From Nemertoderma westbladi (lineage: Eukaryota; Animalia; Xenacoelomorpha), in contig JAUCBJ010008896.1 in assembly GCA_032718475.1 (NCBI GenBank), positions 186,001 to 250,000 of the forward strand: a stretch of 64,000 nt of DNA. The letters are read 5' to 3'. Positions 1 to 12,500 of this stretch are shown here, one piece after another. Position 1 is the first letter of the stretch, and each line of letters begins with the position of its first letter. The notes under the pieces are model-generated. The model was given only the letters and a program-made list of their open reading frames with translations. It did no database searches and was not told the DNA's origin. The position numbers and the translations under genes are program-made.

Positions 1-156
1 TTATGAAGTATTTCATAAATGAAAATAATTGAAATTAACATTCATAATATTTATTGATAGGGTACTCGGAAGATACATTTTTAAAAGGGAACTTAGCTAA
101 TTAACATGGTTGTATTAATTACTTGTTTCAATTCGTTCACAGATTATTTCACGACT

Positions 157-666
157 TCAGTTGTCAGCTTTGAATTGTTCCTCGCTTTGATCTTGATTGG
201 AAGATTGTGAAAGTGATCCTTTGGGAATATAAATAATGGAATTCCCGGTTATTGGGGATCTGCACCATGCACAAAACTGAGTTGATCCACTTTTTGGTGT
301 GGAAGATCCAGATCCATCTTGACTTTTGCTTTTTTTACACTTCTTTGAAAACCCTGACTCCTTTGGTAATGATGCTGCCTTAGATACCTTTGCCGTCTTT
401 GATTCTAATATTGACGATTGTGAAAGTGGTTCTTTAGGGTAAGAAATAATCGCATTTTCTGTTGTTATTGGTGATCTACACCAACAACAACGCTGCTGGG
501 TTATTCCACTGTTTGGAATCGTTGCTATGTTCCCCAGTGCATTCTTTGGATAAATCTTTGGTATTTTAGGTACAGTAACATTTTTTTCGTCCTTTGATAC
601 CTTCAGACTTCTGTTTCTCTTATCCATCTTCCTAGATTCCCCTCTACTTTTGCTTCGCTTACCCAT
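157..666 (-). CDS. Lys/Ser-rich ORF with a duplicated CxWCRSPIT module; function unknown
   Basis: 169-aa ORF with two ~28-aa repeats (CCWCRSPITTENAIISYPKEPLSQSS / CAWCRSPITGNSIIYIPKGSLSQSS). No family recognised. Confidence 0.35.
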   Translation of the reverse strand: MGKRSKSRGESRKMDKRNRSLKVSKDEKNVTVPKIPKIYPKNALGNIATIPNSGITQQRCCWCRSPITTENAIISYPKEPLSQSSILESKTAKVSKAASLPKESGFSKKCKKSKSQDGSGSSTPKSGSTQFCAWCRSPITGNSIIYIPKGSLSQSSNQDQSEEQFKADN

Positions 667-1369
667 CTTCCTAATTTCTCCTACTAGACTTTTGTTTCTG
701 TTTCCCTTTTTTTAGATCACACTTGATACTTACACCGTTGTTGTTGTACTGTATTACAATTGTAGGGTTATACTAGCATACATAGATACAGTAGGCCTAC
801 TTACAGTTACAATATACAAGGCTTACCGGTACTAATTGAATTATATACTATATGCATTTGTTTTTCTTATTGTCTGTAATTAAAACTATCATAATCCAGT
901 AAATGATATGTTTTACAAAAACAAATGAATATCTTTTTGTACTACTTATTAATTTAAAATTGCATTTACTATTTTAAGGAAATACGGATTACACAGAGGA
1001 TAAAAATACTATCTTTTTGTATGAAGATCCACTTTTGCAAAATTTGAAAAGTTTAACATAACAAATTTATAAGGAAATTTGAATGATAAATTGCAATTGT
1101 AAATTTTGCCCCAAAGTTGAATTAAATAATGCCAGTTACTATATACTAGCTATAGGCCTGTCTTGTGACTGAATGTAATATTCCAGAACATAAAGCAAAT
1201 AATCAAACCAAAATGTCAATTAAGCTAGCTACTGGAGCAAAATATCCTACTACCAAGACCCATCGTAATGGCATGCTCACTAAATTCTAGAATATATCGA
1301 TCAGCTGATATAATGAAGTATGATTACAAATAATAATAAATAATAATTATTAAATAAATAATTATGTTA

Positions 1370-2060
1370 TTAAAAAAGTTAACTACTCAAAATTCCTTGG
1401 TGTACTTATCGATGAACACTTGACTTGGAAAAATCACTTTGAAAATCACTTTGACAGTATTAGAACTAAGATAGCCAGAAATACTGGTATCATGAATAAA
1501 TGTAAGGACTTTGCTACCCCTTCAGCCTTAAAGACTCTCTATCATACACTCAAACACCCGTAATTCAACTATTGCACAGCAATTTGGGCTTGGAGAAGCA
1601 GTGTAACCACTGACACTATATCGTAACAAAAGACTCACACAGTAAGCACAAATACAGTACTATCGACGGAAACGCCAAAATAAAACGCCTACAACTGCCA
1701 GAACCACACTTGGAAAATTGAAAAGTCTACAACAACAGGCGATACGTATTGTAATAAGCAGAGGGAATCCCACACCCATATCCAATCGATCTACACTAAA
1801 CAGGTAGCTAGCTACAATATGTTACAAATATACTCAAAAAATTATGCCCGGCGACATTCTAACTTCTTTACTAACACCAACAGCAAACATTCACACATAT
1901 CATACTCGACGCGCCACAAATGGAAACAGTGTAAATGATAGCTCGACAATCCATAAAAGTACAAGCGCCTTTACTGTGGAATATAATACCAGAGTCAGTG
2001 CGGAATGCACCACGTTATTTATTACAAACTCAAAACGTTTAATAGGCCAAGTATATTAAT
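1370..2060 (+). mobile_element. Degenerate LINE (CR1/L2-group) ORF2 3' relic
   Basis: Manual translation from ~1390 gives KFLGVLIDEHLTWKNH...IRTKIARNTGIMNK...LKTLYHTL..P*FNYC..IW, the post-RT region of CR1/L2-type LINEs, with stops. Confidence 0.75.
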
Positions 2061-2276
2061 TTTATTATTATTAACATTTGTATAGTATGTATGCTGTATA
2101 CTACAGTAAGTTAAGAACTTACTGTATTAATGTTACTACAGTATTATTTTACTGTAATTATATTTAGGTAGGACTTTGTAGTGTAGGGCTTAAATTTGGA
2201 AAAAAAAATTGTAAACTTTACTTACAGCATTTACATATATTACAATTGTGGCTGAAATAACGGGCACGCCTACTCG

Positions 2277-2998
2277 GTCACCATCAACTGTACTTAGAGA
2301 TGCCATGTAAGAAGCAGTACATCCATCCTACTCGGTGGGGCGAGACACGTAGTCGGCGAGCCTTGGCATACGGTTCATATAGGGCAAATGGGGCATGTCC
2401 GTCTGTCTGTCTGTCCGTCTGTCTGTCTGGTAAATGTTTGAACGCGAATTTCTCTGCATCGCTGGTTCGGAATTGAACCAAACTTAGTAGGTAAGTAGTA
2501 GAGAGAAAGTTTAGAAAGTTTGTAAAGTTTGGTGAAAAATCATGCAGTCTGACGTCAGCTACGACAGATTATGTAGTTTTTAGAAAATGTTAAATTTCTC
2601 GGGAAGGCCTCATTTTCCTGAGCTGAAATTTTGGTTGCCTGTAGAGAATCATGAAGTCTATCTTTTACGAAATTGAAAAGTTAAGACATTTAATTGGGGA
2701 TCCGCTAGAGACTCAGAAGTAATGACATAGGCCTACCGGTACGGTACTGCTGTACAGTGCTGTGGCACTGGTAAGTACGAAATTGCAGAATAACAATTTG
2801 ACACCACCTAGCGGATTAACATATGATTGTATATCGAATGAATACATTTATAGCATGGGATATTGGGTCCAAACTAGACATGCCCCATTTGCTCTATATG
2901 AACCGTATGCCAAGGCTTGCCGACTACGTGCTGCGCGAAGTCCCCACGAACGTGTCACCATCTACTATAGATGACATGTAAGAAGCAGTACATCCATC
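2277..2998. mobile_element. Non-autonomous element, DINE-1/Helentron-associated-like
   Basis: 54-bp inverted repeats at 2346-2399 and 2877-2930, a (GTCY)n microsatellite at ~2396-2428, and imperfect ~45-50-bp direct repeats outside (2277-2327, 2954-2998). Confidence 0.55.
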
Positions 2999-4019
2999 TT
3001 AGATATATCTTTTCACTATTTCTTTGTTTAATTTGTTCTGTTCTGTTTTTCTACTCCGTGATTATTTGTTATTTTGTATTGTTTCTTTATGTAGTAAATT
3101 GTTTATAGGCGAGTGAGTCAATCTAGCCAATAAAGGGCGTCATAGCCTCGTTTAACTTTGCCACTAGGCGGCACAAGTGCCGCCCAGTTGAATCAATTTG
3201 CCGCCCAGTCACAGCTAGAGTGCCTTCCTATATTATATCTGGACTAGCCTCAGCCAGCGACCAATCTAATTGTATCAATCCCAGTAAAGTACCTACATAA
3301 ACTTCTAAAGGAATAAGTGATTGACAGCACAGAGACTTCAATGGGTGATAGCCATAGTACAGTAGTAGTAGTAGTAGTGGAGGGATGAGTCAGTGTCCAA
3401 CCCAATGCGACCTTTACTAATGTTAGTAAAGGTCGCCTTTGGTCCAATCATTGTGTAGATGTCTATAGATTCCTGATAGGCTTACTGCAGTTAATTGGTG
3501 CCTCAGATGGATATTGGATAGTTCCAACTTCCAAGGCTGCTTGCTATCACCATACTTACCTGTCTGGCACCTTTAACCCCCTACCCCTGTTAAGAGTAGT
3601 CAGTTTTCAGTATATGTTACTATTAGTATTCAGGAGATATTTAGAAGTTTATTAGTCATTATAAACTACCCCGAGACGGCAGGGCTTACATTGCATCATT
3701 GCTTTATTATGTAATAAATTGGTATTGAAAATTAAGTGTGTAACTACTTAATTAGGGTTCGTCTATGTACATTTATTAATAATTTGATATAATTATAATA
3801 ATACTATTATTATTTTATTAATAATAATTTATTAAGTTTTAATAATGATTTTTATGATACTGTATATTTATTTATTTATTTATGATAGTGATATTATTTT
3901 TCTTATAAATTTAATTATATTATTTTTAATAAGTATATTTAGGCCCATGTGAAGAATACCAGACTTTCTGCCGTTATATATCACTTTGCAGTTACCCCCA
4001 TGTGAAGAATATCAAGTTT

Positions 4020-4880
4020 TCACAAAAAAACACAGGTTACAGACGGGTTGAATCTAACCAAAACAATAAACGAATTAGTATATGTACAGCTTATAACAGT
4101 ATAAGAGTTTGCAGTTACTGGAAGATGGAGTTTGGAGACGATGTCTGCGACGAGAGTCCGTTCATTACAAAGTGCAATGACTAGCCGGTTGTGGGTTGAC
4201 TTGTGTAGGCAAAGCGCTTTCTTTAAGTAAGTAGATTTAATCTTGTCGATTGCGATCATATTGGCTACAGTAAGGAACGGCCAGATTTCCCTGCAACCAT
4301 AGAGGACGATTGGTAAAATCTTTATCTGGAACAATTTGAGAGATGTAGTAAGTGATAGCAGTTCGGGTTTGTTAATTGAGTGGATGGCCATTACTGCTTT
4401 GCACATAGTTCAGTAGTTGCCGCTACATGCTTCGAGAAACTTAGTGTCGTCTGCAGGGTGATGCCGAGATATTTGTTAGAGTTGACAATCTCAACCGGGT
4501 TTCCGTTGTACGTGAACTTGTCGGCGTTGGCGAGGCGACCGCCACGACGGAACTTCACGATTTTGGTTTTCGTTAGGTTCACATCGAGACCGTTTTTTGC
4601 CGACTAAACTGCGACCGCGTCGAGCCCGGCCTGCGCTGCCTCCCGGGAGTCTCCGTAAAACAAGAGATCGTCAATATTATGAGTTTACCGATGTGGGCAA
4701 TTGCACGTTTAATGTGGCTGACAATTTCAAATATGAACAGAATAAACAGCAGGGGGCTGAGATTGTCTCCCTGAAGAACTCCCCGTGTTTGCTCGACTAT
4801 TTTCGACTTTCTGAGGCCGTCGAAGATTTGTATGTAGTTGATCTTTAAGATGCATTTTATTAAGGTATAAATAAAGGTTG
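4020..4880 (-). mobile_element. Degenerate LINE RT/C-terminal fragment
   Basis: Frameshifted ORFs NLTKTKIVKFRRGG...KYLGITLQ and KLFQIKILPIVLYGCREIW, typical of APE-type LINE ORF2. Confidence 0.75.
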
Positions 4881-5499
4881 CCCCTAATGTTGAAATGAAA
4901 CTGAGTTTAAATAGTAACTTGGTATTATAATTTAATATTTATGTATAATAATGATTTAATTAAGTTTTGTAAAATTATTTGTTGCTTCTTATAGAACCAG
5001 TAAAAAATTCTTAAAAGAGGCTATGAAGGGCGTCAACCCATAACAAATTCGCAATTTATCCAAACCAATTTTTTTTTATTCTACATTACCTTGTTAATAC
5101 CCCAAAAAAAGTCTATAAAAATATATTATGCGGATCACCATCAATTTCCTGTTTCCTTCTTTAGCAACATGTTATTTACATAGCAACAAGGGGTCTATTA
5201 GTGGGATTTTCTCCAAATTTGGTAGAGACAAACTGACGTATATGAGTAGGGGAGTTTGGTGAACTTAGTATGACGTATATTAATGATGTTGATATAAGTA
5301 TGGATATAGAACAAACCAACCATTAGGCCTAAGTGTACTGCATGACTGACAACTGACTAAATAGCAGAAGTACTACACATACTTCTTTCCTGCATTGTTT
5401 TGGTTGCCTAGCAACGATACACTATGTTGCTGAGTTACAGTGCTAGGATACCAATACAGCTAAACTTGATTGCTTTTACAGCACTAGAGCATAGAATAT

Positions 5500-6105
5500 A
5501 GTATTTATATTGTAGATATAATTCAATGGGTCTCCCTGTCTCCCGATTGTGTATTTCACAACTATAGCGGGTCTGTGAATCCATAGCGCTGGGGGGGGGG
5601 GGGGGGGGGGCGTCGGATATTGCGCCCAGAACGTGTAATTGATTGAGTCCGTTGGTCCGCGCGTTGTGGTGGGGTCGGTGAGGCGATGTCGGCCCAGGTC
5701 GGGGGTGTCACTGGTCGAGGGGCCTCGGGCTCTGGGGCAGCGGGCGGAGCGATTTGCTGGATAACCGGAGGAGGGCTGGGTAGGATCGGGGTGGGAGTGG
5801 GTGGTCCACCTTCCGAGGCGGTGCGTGGGCGGAGGAAGACGCGGTTGCGCCGCAGGACGCGTCCACTCTCCTGGCGGACCATGTAGTCGTGGTTCGCCAG
5901 CGCCTCGACGACCACGCCTCGTCCCGTCCAACGCTTGGTGGTAGCGTCCTGGACGAGGACGGGTGTCCCTACGGGTATGACATGGAGGGGGCGGGTGCGG
6001 AGGTCGTAGGCTGCGCGGAGGTTGCTTTTAGTCTGTTCGGCAACCTCGTCGAGTTCCTGGAAGCTCTACCTCCACTTGGGGTCGAATGAGTTGAAGTGGG
6101 CGGAA
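5500..6105 (-). mobile_element. 3' fragment of a Gypsy element related to the one at 53512-58411
   Basis: VVEALANHDYMVRQESGRVLRRNRVFLR...TRSGRNIRRP matches VVEVLPNHDYLVRQESGRTVRRNRVLLR...SRSGRAVRPP at 57693-58199. Confidence 0.85.
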
Positions 6106-8362
6106 ATGGACTTTTACGGCCCTCGTTCTATTATCACTCGTGCCGTAAAGCTATAATGTGCTATTTTATGAACAATGACGTATATACAGTAGGTATTATG
6201 TCCGCATTTGAATTTTGAATTTTTGAATTTTTAAAAGAAAAGTAGTTTCTTATACAGAAACACACTATAAAACATGCATATAAAAACAAACTAGTATTAC
6301 TAAATTTAATAGCGATGTCAGTTCCTGCTCTTTTGATATCTCTTGATACGTTTGATACATTTGATACGATTGACCGTTTGTCTACTTTTTATTCTAGCAT
6401 CCCTGATTTAATAGTTACATAGACAACCGCTTTGCTTTCGTGTAACTTACGTGCCTACATTTTTACTTTCTCCGAAAAATTATCCTAACTTTTAGTTATA
6501 TCATACTGCCTTACGTGAATCAATGCAACTGTGTGTAAGCATTGCCTTAATATGTCTTGATATGTCTTTTTTGCATAAAGAAAAGTTATACTGTATCTTG
6601 AGTTATACAGTATTTATTGTTACAGTATACTGTATTTAGTTGAAACTTAGCTTAAGTTCACTGCGGGTAGGTTCCACTTTGTTCGTGTAGGGAATACTTC
6701 AGCTGGTATGGACCTACTATTTGAACCTAAAATGTCCGCAAAATAAGTAACATTGTTTCACTTCTATTAACATTATCATTATTTGTAATTATGTTCGGTA
6801 GGCCTACCGGTACATTTACAGTAGGAAAACTGACAACAAAAATAAAACTGTAGCCTGTTTATTGACTTTAGTTTATTGTTTTGGTTATAATAACGTGCCA
6901 CTGTAACCTGCTCCTTTCCCTAAATTGAGAATTTGTCCTCGACGCGTGATATTATTCCGGCAAGAACGGATTTGCGTCCAGTTCCCCCGCCCTTATCTCC
7001 TATAATCAACTAAAAAGGCAATTTCGTGGAATGAAATATTATGCTGTTCCCTTATGTTACAGTACGCAATATTAATTTTGCAGCTTGTACTGAATTGATA
7101 GTATTTTCTAGTATCTGTTGTGTTGGACTTGGAATACATTATCATAAATTATTATCGCCTTAAGGTGCTAAGATTAGCAGCAGTCGTTATTTGTTGCACA
7201 AGTAGCATCTCGTTGTGGTTGGAGAGGCATCATAAGGGAATAGTGTGGCATGTTACCGAAGCTCAATTGCTCAATAGGTCCCAGGTCATTAGGAAGTGCG
7301 CCGCGGGCAACAAACAGTACAGTAGTGCCGGTAACGTAAAGCCGCAGTATGAGTTATCTTATTGAAGGGCGCCGTGTTGCCGCAAAATAATTACATTTAA
7401 AATAAAATATCGTAATTGAGAATCTACAGTATGTAAATTTTTATTGCAAGAGGCGATTTCGATTTCTGCAGTATTTAATTCAATGTGAGATCTCTTAAAA
7501 ATACATAAAATAATGCATTTTCAACAAATATGTCGAAATTTTTCATGTTTCAAGGTATTTTAATCTGAATATTTTTTATATAATTTATACAGGAATATGG
7601 AGGGACAAGTCTTTAGCTCAAATGCGGCGTAAAAATGATATGATATAAACTACTTTTTTTTTACACAATTTTTTTTATATTTAGGGTTTGCCCTGGTGAG
7701 GACACCAGATACGTGGATGCACAAATATAACAGAATGCTATCAATAATGGGGTGCTCGATAATGAACTCCTACCCCCCCCCCCCCCCCCCCATCCTACAT
7801 GTACCTCACCCAACCCCCTCAAAAAATAAAATGAACCCAGCTCACAAACTCAACAAATTTTGTCGATTTTCGGGAAACACATGCAAAAGCGAGTATAAAA
7901 TGAAGCAAAGAAATTGACTACATAGGAAAACACGGTTTTATTATTATTACTTGTATTTATTACTATAAATATACTTACTACAGTACCCTACTACTGAACG
8001 CCATGTCCTGGAACATTGGTTCTGAATTTCGTTGAGGAAAAGCTTAGTTGTTTTCATTTAATTTGAAAAGTTGCATGTAATTTTATCTGTTCAAGGCTAA
8101 TACTCTGTAAATAGATTTTCTTGAAATCTGGAAATATATTAATTGGTCACTATAAATACACATAATTCTGAGAAATTTTGTTCATCTCTTAAATATAGCT
8201 GGGCAACAAAGTGGTAAAAGTGGTACTCTGCTGCATGACGAGGATGTCACCAAAACGCTGACATCATCTACAGTAACTGTATCAGAGTAATTGTTCTGCG
8301 GAGGAAGTAAATACCTGCAACTTTCGAATGTCCATACCTCAGCTATTTCCCAACCAATTCAA

Positions 8363-8499
8363 ATTGGAATCCTTGCACGGCCAGCTTTCCATATATAAGC
8401 CACTACTTTATGGCATGGTTGAAGAATAACTGCAGTTATTCTTCAACCATATAAAGTAGTGGCTTATATATGGAAAGCTGGCCGTGCAAGGATTCCAAT
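8363..8499. repeat. ~137-bp near-perfect palindrome inside a MITE copy
   Basis: ATTGGAATCCTTGCACGGCC...GAATAACTGCAGTTATTC...GGCCGTGCAAGGATTCCAAT, centred on CTGCAG at 8430-8435. Flanks match the repeat at 16590-16650 and 18960-19076. Confidence 0.9.
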
Positions 8500-8647
8500 G
8501 AATGATGCAATGTCGACGGATACACCATTTCTAAAGTGTTGTATGGGCGTTCCAATATGAAATATTCCTACAGTAGGCCTACATTTAGGGTGAGTACAAA
8601 ACAAATACCAAAGACACAATTAAGTAACCTGCATAATCTTGTAACAT

Positions 8648-8894
8648 GTGTTAACTTTCGTTTATTGTTTTGGTTCCCCTAACACGCCTCTGTAACCTGC
8701 TCCTTTACTAACCGGCTCCTTTAAATGACAATGGAACTAAACGCTCTTTGTGACCTGTACAAAACAAAGAGGTAAAGTCGCGTTAGGTCCCAAAGAGCGT
8801 TAGGTCCCATTGGCATTTAAAGGAGTGGGTTAGTAAAGGAGCAGGTTACAGAGAGTGTTTGGCGGGAACCAAAACAATAAACAAAAGTTAACAC
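8648..8894. mobile_element. Foldback MITE
   Basis: Imperfect ~105-bp inverted arms (GTGTTAACTTT..TTTATTGTTTTGGTT..TGTAACCTGCTCCTTT). The same arm motif recurs near 6870, 14660 and 14730. Confidence 0.75.
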
Positions 8895-8962
8895 TTGTAT
8901 TTTGTACAGGTCTTTAGTCTTTGTTTTGTACCTTACATTTACGATATTCTACCCTATTTATT

Positions 8963-9532
8963 TCAACTCGCTTCTCCTTGTGAGAAATTATAGAATACAG
9001 CAGAGCCGGCTGGGGGCGGCGCCTCAATGTTCTGTTTGGTGTCACAGTTAGGTTCATCGCCGGCCCTGAACTCGCGATACTGAAACAAAGCGTCGAGAGT
9101 AAACTCCGCCGCCGCAAGGAGGCACACAACACCGGCGGCAATAACTCCGGCTAAACATTGCGACCCGGCCTTGGCTACTGTCGTCGGGTCACTCATAAAC
9201 GAAGCCCCAACCGCAATCGCCGCCACTCCGGCAGTTACGTGAAGTACCGCCGCCGATACGTTGAACCCAAGAAGAATTCGTACCCATGGCAACGCGATGA
9301 AGTCCTTTAGCCGGCACATAAAGGCGGCGTATTGTACGAAAACAGCCAATCCGATAGTAACAGCGACAAATAGCGTCCACGTGTACGCACCGCTGGCAAA
9401 CTCACTCGCACAAGCGGATCGCGATATCACACATATAAATACGATAAAGTCTGTTAATAATTCTAAACATTTTATTTTACCATCGAGACTTTTATGATAG
9501 GAATAGTCTGGATAGAGTGTCGACGTCACCAT
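8963..9532 (-). CDS. MARVEL-domain four-TM protein (CMTM/plasmolipin-like), single coding exon
   Basis: 189 aa with an SLDGKIKCLELL start motif followed by four hydrophobic helices. Paralogous to 15513-16073. Confidence 0.8.
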   Translation of the reverse strand: MVTSTLYPDYSYHKSLDGKIKCLELLTDFIVFICVISRSACASEFASGAYTWTLFVAVTIGLAVFVQYAAFMCRLKDFIALPWVRILLGFNVSAAVLHVTAGVAAIAVGASFMSDPTTVAKAGSQCLAGVIAAGVVCLLAAAEFTLDALFQYREFRAGDEPNCDTKQNIEAPPPAGSAVFYNFSQGEAS

Positions 9533-12500
9533 AGTTACTAGCCTATACCCCTAATTTGTAGACGAAAACCAATAAATTTGAGTTTGAAAGGAGAGATATA
9601 ATTGTGATGTCAAAGTTCTAAGAAATCTAACCCGTAAAATAAATTGTAATAAACATTCACTGTGGCCATGTTTAATATTCATTAACTTTTAAGTAAAAAT
9701 GAAACTGTTTAGTGGAGAGTTTTAATTTATGCTGAAATATGTATTTTTTGTTTGCTGATTTTTTATCAGTATAATTTATCCAGAAAGATAAGAGTAGAAA
9801 ATACGAAGCCGCATGAATAAGAAAGACGATGGAATTGTCATCTACTGACATATCCGATGGTGTATTGTATGTACAGTGCAGTACAATCTCCGGTAAATAT
9901 GATATATTCTGAGTATACAGCATATACTGTAGGCTATATAATATAAGCCCGGTTGATAGATACACTTCGCGGTGACAGCGTGGTGGTTTTGCGTTGCATT
10001 CGAACCCGCTTTGACAGCACTGTGACCGCCTCCATCATATTTGGCGACGGTTTATCTGTGATCTGTGAACAGGGCTTTAGGCTCCGGTTATGCACCGATA
10101 ACGTGACGGGGCCGCCCCCTAGTGAGATTACAACGCACAAATGTATCTAAAATATCTTACGGTATTGAATTTATAAAGCAGTTTATATTGTACAATATAA
10201 CACAAGTCTAGAATCGATTATTTATAAATTTTATTGACTTATTTATTGATAAGTGCAGTGCATCCACGGGAGGGTGCAGGAGGGGGGTGGTTTAGGGCTT
10301 CCCACCTCACTTCGTAACTCACGCAATATTATCACATCATTTAGATTCGGTATTTGAAAATCTCGCATCTAAGAAAGATTGAAGGTTCAGGTTTGTTACA
10401 AATACTCTAATTAGTAAACTAGGTAAAAATAAACACCTCCACTATTTTAATTCACTCAATGCCCCGGGATTTTAATTTTATGGTCGAAATTAAATTTTCG
10501 TCTGAAGATTTTCTTTATAAAATGACATCGCAATCACTTGTTAAACCTATATTTTAAAAATAGCTACAGTATTTTATGTTTAGAATATTAAAATTGGTAA
10601 TGAATTCATGAATGAAGGTTGTTTTACATATTGAAATATATATGAAAGGATGGTATTGTTTGTAAGCTGTAGGGATTTAATTCTTCTATGGAGACATTGA
10701 ACTATCCAATATTTGGTTATGACATAGGATTAACTGTACCAAAGAAAACATCAAACAACGAAAAACGGGCTTTTAATCCATCCGATAGTTGCCTAGCAAC
10801 TAGCACCTAAATCGTTTTTTACTTCCCCTCACTTTATAACCTAGGCAACAATTACGGATGGGTGGATAGAGTTGGTAAGTCATAGCCAATCCCAGTTTAA
10901 CATGAGATCCACTTGCTGCGCCCAAGTTATCCTTATTTAAGATGATTTATTTAGCGAACGTGCGGTCCTCTGGGGGAGAAGTCGAACTATAAATTGCGTC
11001 GTAAAATCAATTCCTCCTAACATGTATGTGCAGCTAAGGTAACCAACCAACCGATATCCCCTGTACCAGGACAAAGGAGCTGCCGACAGCGTGGGTGGTA
11101 ATGCAGATCGCCGCAGACGGCCGCATTGGATTGGATGCCGGACTGATCTGGAGATTCAAGGAATTTACCACATTCAATATCAAAGAAGTGGGTTGTATGC
11201 AGAAATGTTAGCCGGATGCTGTGACTGCGCTACCACCCACCAGGTCAAAGGAAACTTAACGCATTGCTAATGCGGCTTTATTAAAGTGGACAGACATACA
11301 GGATGCCCTATTAGTTAGTGTTAGCGAGAGGACTCGATATTATATGGTGTTCTAATAGCGGTTCCCTCGATCCATCATTGATCGATGTAGATTTATAGGC
11401 GTGCGTAGATGGAAGGACAAAAATAAATGCACACACTAATTGATTGTTGATTTTGTGGGGCGAGCCAGAACCATCGGCGAACGTTTATAATTATACTAAT
11501 ACGACCGCTTTCCATCACGTATGTAGGTGGGCAGAAGCCATAATATGTATCGGAAGCTAATAATTATTGACTCACACGCACAGGCGTACGTAGAGCGGAT
11601 CTGGTGTGATTGTAGCCATTTGCTGGTTATGGCTTACCTTACACTAGGGTATCGACGGGCCTTATGAATTATTAAACTAACTAACTTATTTACCACATGA
11701 AAACAATTTTTAATTTTTCCTATGCACTTGTTTTAGTTGGGAGGAGGCTGCTGGATGGATGGATGGGGGGGGGGGGGGGGGGGGGGCAGTCCAGCAATAC
11801 TAATAGCCACCTCATTGGCTATTCCTCACCTCAATGACTTACAGTTCTGATGCACATGACCTTTTAGCAAGATGGAACTGCTCCAGATCAGAAATGTTAC
11901 TAAATGATATTTGTAATGAAATTATTCTTAGTTATTTATAAGGTGAGCCAGGCAGCGCAGCGCAGCCTTGGTGTAGTTTCCCCATCTTGCCAATTACCTT
12001 CAATGGCGCCACTCTACTACACCCCACACCCCAACCATTTTTATAAATATTCCCCATTATTTAGAAACCCCAATTAAAGCTGGATGAGCTGCACCTTGCT
12101 GCACCACAACCATTGGTTCTAGGACAGTTGCGCCAAAAATTTATCAGCGACTGCTGATTGGTTGTTGACTGGCAACGAGTAGAAGACATGGAGTTGCCGG
12201 TGTATTTACAGTAGAGACGGCATAAACCACAATTAAAACTGTCATGTAACCCTAACCCTAAGTCATGACTTAGGGTTAGTGTTACCGTTACATGATAGTT
12301 TTAGTTGGAGTTACGGCTGACCAACTAACCCTAACCAAAATAATAAACAAATATACCCATAATATACAATCTTTCCATAACCTTATAAATTTGGCCCAAA
12401 TGTGATCGGTCCAACTGTCCAATCACGCAACCATTTAATAAAAAAAATAGTACAATGGGAACGAGGGCACTACTTATTTTTGTGGCTAAATAAGCGAAAC

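Noticed and set aside
12225-12340. Telomere-like TAACCC/TTAGGG repeats in a hairpin
   Set aside because: Only 2-3 units inside a small inverted repeat; more likely a MITE remnant.
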